From positions 1 through 12,922 of the forward strand of contig JBHLKY010000021.1 in the NCBI GenBank assembly GCA_048886185.1: a stretch of DNA of 12,922 bases, given 5' to 3'. The notes beneath the pieces are model-generated. The model had not been told where the DNA came from, searched no databases, and worked only from the letters and a program-made list of their open reading frames with translations. How positions within the stretch are numbered: the stretch's first letter is position 1; every line of letters starts with the position of its first letter. The stretch comes from Candidatus Hermodarchaeota archaeon. Its GTDB lineage: Archaea; Asgardarchaeota; Heimdallarchaeia; Hodarchaeales; Hodarchaeaceae. Of this stretch, positions 7,161 through 12,922 are shown piece by piece. Both the position numbers and the translations under genes were made by a program.

Positions 7161-8384
7161 TTATGATCCAAATTTAGTTGTCTGTCCAGCAAGACCGAAC
7201 ATAATAGGAAGAACTTCCAGTCCCATAAGATGACCCAGTCCTCCTTTCATTACAGGGCGTTCACCAAACTCAGAAACATGATCAGAACGAACTCCTTCAC
7301 CTACCATTAAAATGGGTAGTGGATCAGAGGAATGATCCCTCAATATACAAGGTGTACTATGATCTCCAGTGATACATATAAGAGTTTCCGGTAGTAATTC
7401 CAGAAGTGGTTCGATTGCAATATCTATTTCATCAATGAATTCCATTTTTTGAATTGGTTTGTTATCATGGCCCATATTATCTGTTCCTTTTACATGCAAA
7501 AAAGCGAATTGAGCTCTTTCCAGAGATTTCATGACAGCACTGATTTTGGATGGAAGATCAGTTGGGACACCTCCCGTTCCTTTGTGTTCATTGTTTATTC
7601 TCATGCCACAAATTGAGGCCACGCCTTTGTATAACCCTCCTCCCGCTACGCATTCAGCAGTTAACCCGTATTTTGTCTGAAATCTTTCTAAGTGAGGAGC
7701 TTTTCCAGCACCTCTTACTAATAAGTAATTGGCTGGTAGCTTATTCTTCTCAATTCTTTCTTTATTAACCTCTAGCCCCTCCATAATATCAGCTGCTGTT
7801 CTAATGAACTGGTTTAGTACCCGAGCTGTCTTTTCACCTTCAGAGCTTGTAGCTATAATAGGTGTTGGTTCTTTATTTTCAATTTTTGGATCATTAGCGG
7901 TCACAGTACTTGTTAATCCAGGGCCCCTTAACACAAGCGCTGCACGATGATCTACCCCAACCTTGAAAATTACTTCTACATCTTCAATTAGAATATTTTG
8001 TAGAGCTGATTCAATTTGTTGGGTTCCCTCGGAAATTCTGCCAGCTCGTCGATCAATAATTTTCCCTTCTTTAATTGTAGCCATATTTGTTCGGAATGCG
8101 ATATCACCTGGTTTTACAGGTAGATCTGTACCAGCAGCCTCGAATGGGCCTCTTCCTGTATAAACCTCAAAAGGATTATACCCAAAAAGGGCTAGGTGAG
8201 CAGTGTCACTCCCTGGAGTGACCCCTCGTCCAATTGTATGTAATTGACCAGTTATTCCCATTTGTGCCATTTTATCCATTGTAGGTGTTTTAGCAGCTTC
8301 TAGTGGTGTTCGATTATTCAATTCTGGAATTGGACGATCACCAACACCATCCATTAAGAATAAAAGGAGTTTTCTGTTCTGCAT
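7161..8384 (-). CDS. apgM: 2,3-bisphosphoglycerate-independent phosphoglycerate mutase, archaeal type
   Basis: LMDGVGDRP, TPLEAAKTPTMD, TPGSDTAHLALFGY (catalytic Ser), YTGRGPFEAAG, HVKGTDNMGHD, TGDHSTP and HSSDPLP. ATG at 8384; the ORF-track start at 8393 is a GTG. Confidence 0.93.
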   Translation of the reverse strand: MQNRKLLLFLMDGVGDRPIPELNNRTPLEAAKTPTMDKMAQMGITGQLHTIGRGVTPGSDTAHLALFGYNPFEVYTGRGPFEAAGTDLPVKPGDIAFRTNMATIKEGKIIDRRAGRISEGTQQIESALQNILIEDVEVIFKVGVDHRAALVLRGPGLTSTVTANDPKIENKEPTPIIATSSEGEKTARVLNQFIRTAADIMEGLEVNKERIEKNKLPANYLLVRGAGKAPHLERFQTKYGLTAECVAGGGLYKGVASICGMRINNEHKGTGGVPTDLPSKISAVMKSLERAQFAFLHVKGTDNMGHDNKPIQKMEFIDEIDIAIEPLLELLPETLICITGDHSTPCILRDHSSDPLPILMVGEGVRSDHVSEFGERPVMKGGLGHLMGLEVLPIMFGLAGQTTKFGS

Positions 8385-8445
8385 CTCAAGCACGACAGAT
8401 TCATCATATATTTCACTTATTGGATCACGTTTATTAAATCAATAT

Positions 8446-9573
8446 TTAAACCAATCTGTGAAACTTTTCTGAAAAAGTAGTGAGATGCCTTAATCTTTCT
8501 TGAATTACCCGAACACCGATTCCATGACCTTTAGGGATTTCAATAAAACCATCATTTCCTATTGTTACTGAGGGTTCTACAATATCTTCTTTAAAATACC
8601 GAGAGGTTTCTGATGTGTCTCCAGGGAGGGTAAAACCTGGAAGAGTTTGTAAATGAAGATTAAATGCTCTTCCTATTCCAGTTTCTAACATACCCCCAGA
8701 CCAAACTTCTATTCCATTCGAATTGCAGTAATTATGTATTGATTTTGAGTTTAATATTCCCCCAACTCTTCCTTGTTTAATATTTATGATATGACAACTT
8801 TTTAGATTGATAGCAGCTTTAGCATCGTTAAGATTCTCGATGGATTCATCTAGGCAGATAGGTGTCTTTATTTCTCTCTGTAATAGTGAATGAAAGTAAA
8901 TATCATCATATTCAAGCGGCTGTTCAATCATCATTAAATTAAAATCATCAAATTGCTTCAACAAACAGAGATCTTGAATAGAATAATCACCATTGGCATC
9001 TACCATAAGATCAATATCAGGGAACTCACAACGAATTATTTTAAGAGGATTAATTTCATTTCCTTTCTTAATTTTGATCTTGATCCTGTGATAGTTCTTC
9101 TTCAAAGCCATCTCAATTGATTGCAGGAGTTTATCAGAATCCTGTTTTATTCCGATGCTTATCCCTGACATGATTTTCTTTGCTTCTCCACCAATGATTT
9201 TGTACAATGGCAAGTTTTGTTTTTTGGCTATAAGATCCATTAGAGCGTTTTCGACTGTAGCTTTTGCCATATTGTTTCCTCTAATTTTCCTGAATTTTTT
9301 TACAACCTCCTCTGGTGTAAAATTTTCCATTTTCATAATAATTGGTAATAAAAATGTTCGAATTATATGAAGGGCACTTTCATTGGTTTCACTACTATAA
9401 TACGGCTCAGGGGATGCCACACATTCTCCCCAACCTTCTATTCCCTCGGAATTCAACTTTAAAAGAAGAGCCTCCTTAAATGATTCTACTCCTAAGCTTG
9501 TTTCAAAAGGTTCTACAAGAGGGAGTTTAATAATAAACAATTCTACTGAATCAATATGATTGATGTAAACCAT
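8446..9573 (-). CDS. menC: N-succinylamino acid racemase / o-succinylbenzoate synthase (NSAR/OSBS subfamily, enolase superfamily)
   Basis: PFETSLG 20s loop, GWGECVA, GISIGI, RIKIKIK (KxK catalytic Lys), MVDAN, IEQPL and LDESI metal ligands, INIKQGRVGG second Lys, WSGGMLETGIGRA and LPGDTS. Confidence 0.9.
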   Translation of the reverse strand: MVYINHIDSVELFIIKLPLVEPFETSLGVESFKEALLLKLNSEGIEGWGECVASPEPYYSSETNESALHIIRTFLLPIIMKMENFTPEEVVKKFRKIRGNNMAKATVENALMDLIAKKQNLPLYKIIGGEAKKIMSGISIGIKQDSDKLLQSIEMALKKNYHRIKIKIKKGNEINPLKIIRCEFPDIDLMVDANGDYSIQDLCLLKQFDDFNLMMIEQPLEYDDIYFHSLLQREIKTPICLDESIENLNDAKAAINLKSCHIINIKQGRVGGILNSKSIHNYCNSNGIEVWSGGMLETGIGRAFNLHLQTLPGFTLPGDTSETSRYFKEDIVEPSVTIGNDGFIEIPKGHGIGVRVIQERLRHLTTFSEKFHRLV

Positions 9574-9574
9574 C

Positions 9575-10342
9575 TTAACACGCCTTTTTCAATTTATAAA
9601 AAATTCTCGACTGATCCTCTGAAAATATTAGTTCTTCAACAACAAATCCCCTTTTAAAAGCTGATTTAAACATTTCCCGGGTTTTTATTCTCCAATGATA
9701 AGCTTGGTTTAAATCCTCCCTCTTTAAGGACTGAATATCTTTAGGGATTTCGATATAGGTTATTTTATGTTTGATATTCCCTATCATCTCTTCTGGAACA
9801 TTTTTTATAAGCTTTGGGATCTTTTTATCTATCCGCTGAATTACACGCTCGGATTTCAGATTCCATGTGGCAATTAATCTGTCAGTAGGTAGACCTTTGT
9901 GGAGTCCCTCTCCCCCCTCTCCATAAATATTGCTTTCATATCCCTTACTTATTATTCCTAATCTATGAATGTTGAAAAAAGCATTTAGTGATTCTAGGGG
10001 GTCGAAAAACCACCTAATGACATTGTACCCCATTTTTAGAACCTCTTCTCTTTGGGCTTTTTTTAATAAAAAACCGAATCCACGTCCTTGAAATTCTTTC
10101 ATAACTGCTGTCATATAGGAAAAGAAGAAATATTCTTCTTTATGTTTTCCAATGATGCCATATGTGAAGCCTACACATTCGTTATCGAAGAAAAAACCTT
10201 GAAGCAGACCACCATACTTTTGGGAACTTATCATTAAGAAATGAGGATCTATCTCCAGATCATTAACGCCCCATGCGCTTCTCTGAATCTCAAAGGTTTT
10301 TTTAAATTCATCTATTGTTTCAAGTCTTCGAATCTTTATCAT
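9575..10342 (-). CDS. GNAT-family N-acyltransferase (NSAR-associated; putative succinyl-CoA:D-amino-acid N-succinyltransferase)
   Basis: AVMKEFQGRGFGFLLKKAQRE acyl-CoA-binding motif A, IRWFFDPLESLNAFFNIHRLG and GLPTDRLIATWNL. The stop codon is 1 nt from the NSAR ATG. The likely start is ATG 10342 (MIKIRRLET); the ORF track starts at 10378. Confidence 0.82.
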   Translation of the reverse strand: MIKIRRLETIDEFKKTFEIQRSAWGVNDLEIDPHFLMISSQKYGGLLQGFFFDNECVGFTYGIIGKHKEEYFFFSYMTAVMKEFQGRGFGFLLKKAQREEVLKMGYNVIRWFFDPLESLNAFFNIHRLGIISKGYESNIYGEGGEGLHKGLPTDRLIATWNLKSERVIQRIDKKIPKLIKNVPEEMIGNIKHKITYIEIPKDIQSLKREDLNQAYHWRIKTREMFKSAFKRGFVVEELIFSEDQSRIFYKLKKAC

Positions 10343-10469
10343 AATTTTTCTCCAGCAAAAATCAATAAGTGAAGACATTCTTCAAAAGAAGGTTTATCAG
10401 AATGAAATTGATTAGAAATTTACCTTGAGTTTTTGAAGATATTTATTCCCCCTTAATAATATCCTAAAG

Positions 10470-10503
10470 AAAAATAACAAAAGAATGATTTAAAGAAGAA
10501 TAG
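10470..10503 (-). terminator. Putative oligo-T terminator downstream of the acyl-CoA ligase
   Basis: The minus strand after the stop reads CTATTCTTCTTTAAATCATTCTTTTGTTATTTTTCTTT, pyrimidine/T-rich as in archaeal terminators. Confidence 0.4.
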
Positions 10504-12243
10504 TTACTTTCCTTTCAATACTTCTTCTTTGATAACTCTGCGTAAGACTTTTCCTATAGTGCTTAATGGCAGATCATCACGAAATTCAACTTTCTTTGGA
10601 CGTTTATAACCTGCCATACGATCTCGACACCATTCAATGATTTCTTCCTCTGTTGCTGTTTCCCCCTCCTTGAGAACTAAGTAAGCGGCAACATATTCAT
10701 TTCCTGGTTGATCTTCTTGGGGTAACCCAATAACCGCTGCCAATTTGACCTTTGGATGTTGATACAGAATATCTTCAATTTCACGCGGATATGCTTTTAA
10801 TCCTCCAACAATAACCATATCTTTCTTACGATCAGTAATCACTAAGAATCCTTCTTCTTCGATATGTCCGATATCACCAGTAAGGAAATAACGTCTTCCG
10901 CCAATCTCACGAAATACTTCAGCATTTGCTTTAGGTCTATTCCAGTATCCTTTCATAACTTGAGGGCCAGAGAGAGCTATCTCGCCATCTTCTCCGAGAG
11001 GTAGTTCTTTTGTACCTGTTTCCAAATCAACAATTTTGGTATATGTATCAGGGACAGCTAATCCCACTGTTCCAAATTTCCGATCTCTTTTATTGGTTGG
11101 ATTCAAGTGAGTCAATGGGGATGTTTCTGAGAGTCCATAAGCCTCATAGATTGTTCCTTTAGTTATTCTTTCAAATTCTTTTGCTAACTCTGGCGCTAGG
11201 GGAGCTGCTCCTGAACCACAACCAACAATCGATGTTAAATCGTACTTCTCTACATTTGGATGATTAGCAATAGCAGAGTAGATTGTGGGTACGGCATGTA
11301 ATATAGTTACGCGATCTTTATGAATAGTTTCAAGTATTACTGAAAGTGGAGGTTTTCCAGCTCTCGGATCAATGATAGGAATAACTGTTGCTGCATAAAA
11401 GGCGCCACCAATCATCGTCATCGTAAGACCATATGAATGGTACCAAGGAAGGGCTCCAATAAAAACTTCTTCCCCATATCGAAGTCTTTGAGGTTTTCCT
11501 TCTTCAAGCTCTATTCGACTAAATTCGTCTGCTTGAAGTACATTAGAATAAATATTCCTATGAGACAGCATTACTCCTTTAGGTAAACCAGTTGTGCCAC
11601 CTGTATAGATCAAAACTGCTAAGTCTTCCTCAGGATTAATTTCTATTTTTGGTTTAGTTGATTCAAACTTTAAAATATCTGCAAAAAAGGAAGTAATTTC
11701 TTTTTCATAGAATGGACTTTTAGGAATTTTTCTCAATAATCCTCCAATTACAGCTTTTAGCTTGGGAAGAAAATCTTGTATTTGGCATATAACAACATAT
11801 TTTACTTTTGTTTCTTTGATAGCTTTGTAAGTTGTTGGAGCGAATCTTTCATGATCAAAAGCAAACACCAGGACGACTTCTGAGTCCTCAAGCTGATATT
11901 TCAGTTCATCAGCAGTGTATGTTGGATTACAAGTAACAGCTGTCGCTCCAGCTTTCAAGATCCCGAAAAAGACAATAGGATAGTGAGGAGTATTGGGTAA
12001 GAATATTGCAACTTTATCCCCCTTTTTAACTCCTTGACTAATAAGATAATTTGCTACTTGATTGGCCATTGCATTTGTTTCTGCAAAGGTTGTCGTAGTT
12101 CCCATAAATTTTAAATATGGCAGTTCACCACTTTTTACTGCAGCATCTTCAAGTATCTTATGAAGGGGTTCGTTGGGATATGGTTCTAATGATTTCTTGA
12201 CTGTTTCAGGCCATTTATATTTATGCCAAATCTGTTCTTCCAT
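10504..12243 (-). CDS. fadD: Long-chain fatty-acid--CoA ligase (ANL adenylate-forming superfamily)
   Basis: LIYTGGTTGLPKG P-loop, ALPWYHSYG, GSGAAPLAPE, EAYGLSETSP, TGDIG, ITDRKKDM and LPLSTIGKVLRR (A10 Lys). Confidence 0.9.
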   Translation of the reverse strand: MEEQIWHKYKWPETVKKSLEPYPNEPLHKILEDAAVKSGELPYLKFMGTTTTFAETNAMANQVANYLISQGVKKGDKVAIFLPNTPHYPIVFFGILKAGATAVTCNPTYTADELKYQLEDSEVVLVFAFDHERFAPTTYKAIKETKVKYVVICQIQDFLPKLKAVIGGLLRKIPKSPFYEKEITSFFADILKFESTKPKIEINPEEDLAVLIYTGGTTGLPKGVMLSHRNIYSNVLQADEFSRIELEEGKPQRLRYGEEVFIGALPWYHSYGLTMTMIGGAFYAATVIPIIDPRAGKPPLSVILETIHKDRVTILHAVPTIYSAIANHPNVEKYDLTSIVGCGSGAAPLAPELAKEFERITKGTIYEAYGLSETSPLTHLNPTNKRDRKFGTVGLAVPDTYTKIVDLETGTKELPLGEDGEIALSGPQVMKGYWNRPKANAEVFREIGGRRYFLTGDIGHIEEEGFLVITDRKKDMVIVGGLKAYPREIEDILYQHPKVKLAAVIGLPQEDQPGNEYVAAYLVLKEGETATEEEIIEWCRDRMAGYKRPKKVEFRDDLPLSTIGKVLRRVIKEEVLKGK

Positions 12244-12502
12244 AATCGATCATTCCCAGTTAATTCTGTAATTACCGTTTATTCCTCCCTTTCTTTATAT
12301 AGCTTCCTAGTTTAAGATAACGTATTTCATTCAATTTCTTTCTCTTCTCTTTGAACAATTCTTATATTAATATATGAACCAAATAAATAGAATTAATTCG
12401 TAAAAGGCGGTATATTTTGGTCTAGTTGATTTTTATTGCGTTTTCTTGCTTTTCCCACTAGTTTTAATATCCTTTAATTATCCTTATCTTTATTTCTATC
12501 GC

Positions 12503-12922
12503 CTAGATATCGAAATCAGAATGATAGATTGTTCTGAATACACTCATAAGTAATTTCATTTCATCAAGTGTTATCTTCTTGTCTTTTTGAATTCTTTCAG
12601 CTGTTTTATCGTAGATTCTATTCCATAAGATTGATAATAAACTCTTTTCCTCAACTGTAATGACATTATCCTCCCATGCTTTTCGATAGGCTTGTTTGAA
12701 AGTAGCTATATTTTCGTATATAGATTTAATCATCTTTTTCTCATCTTCGGTTATTTTCCCATCTTGAAGAGCAATAGCAACTAAATCCTGAATTAAATTA
12801 TCTAATTGCCTCATTTCGATAACCTTTGTTATGAAAAACTTCCCATTCTTCTCTACAAATGTTATGCAGTCTCCAATTTTTAAGTTCAGTTTTTTCTGTA
12901 TACTTGAAGGAATTGATACTTG
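12503..12922 (-). CDS. AbrB/MazE/SpoVT-type DNA-binding domain fused to a helical domain with three DxxITxxE repeats (TerB-like); start beyond window end
   Basis: The minus-strand frame from 12922 reads QVSIPSSIQKKLNLKIGDCITFVEKNGKFFITKVIE with no stop, directly into MRQLDN... (36 codons before ATG 12814). This matches the AbrB consensus GQITIPkeiRekLgikeGDxvef. Confidence 0.72.
   Translation of the reverse strand, partial: QVSIPSSIQKKLNLKIGDCITFVEKNGKFFITKVIEMRQLDNLIQDLVAIALQDGKITEDEKKMIKSIYENIATFKQAYRKAWEDNVITVEEKSLLSILWNRIYDKTAERIQKDKKITLDEMKLLMSVFRTIYHSDFDI

Noticed and set aside
5781-8384. RuBisCO-fold gene next to phosphoglycerate mutase read as a CO2-fixation or nucleoside-salvage cluster
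   Set aside because: The protein lacks K175, K177 and R295, so it is not a carboxylase. The genes are convergent, and no AMP phosphorylase, R15P isomerase or PRK is present.
6922-9370. Short ORFs at 6922-7104, 7550-7768, 7729-7950, 7963-8163 and 9155-9370
   Set aside because: All are antisense to strongly conserved genes (RLP, apgM, NSAR) and lack independent evidence.
8446-12243. menC + CoA ligase read as a menaquinone operon (menC/menE)
   Set aside because: The 579-aa ligase has long-chain FACL features, no menB/D/F/H genes are present, and the coupled GNAT points to the NSAR role.
12363-12399. AT-only palindromes TATATTAATATA (12363-12374) and GAATTAATTC (12390-12399)
   Set aside because: Expected by chance in a very AT-rich intergenic region; no supporting pattern.
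12462-12500. Imperfect AAGGATA(A)TTAA direct repeats on the minus strand
   Set aside because: Only two degenerate low-complexity copies; not a CRISPR or iteron array.
12560-12763. Canonical EF-hand calcium-binding protein call
   Set aside because: Loop positions 1 and 3 are not Asp/Asn in the repeats, so only a TerB-like or half-EF resemblance is supportable.

Overview
AT-rich, gene-dense window with archaeal signatures: a cofactor-independent phosphoglycerate mutase of the apgM type, TATA-like boxes and oligo-T terminators. An Asgard (Heimdall/Hodarchaeal-like) source is plausible but is inference only. Gene order: 5'-truncated zinc metallopeptidase (+), DUF6206-like protein with protein-kinase-like motifs (+), unusually long beta-class DNA methyltransferase (-), DsrE-family protein (-), form IV RuBisCO-like protein (+), apgM (-), NSAR/OSBS enolase-superfamily enzyme (-), GNAT N-acyltransferase (-), long-chain acyl-CoA ligase (-), and a protein truncated at the window end (-). 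The last ORF is longer than the ORF track shows, because an AbrB/MazE-type DNA-binding domain lies in frame upstream of the called ATG. The most notable observations are: (1) an active MTase domain fused to a catalytically dead MTase-like copy carrying a Zn ribbon and an HTH; (2) a RuBisCO-like protein with a 3-residue deletion removing the K175/K177 loop; (3) the AbrB plus triple DxxITxxE fusion; (4) a coupled GNAT-NSAR pair resembling the bacterial D-to-L amino acid conversion pathway. No rRNA, tRNA, CRISPR array or transposase was seen.
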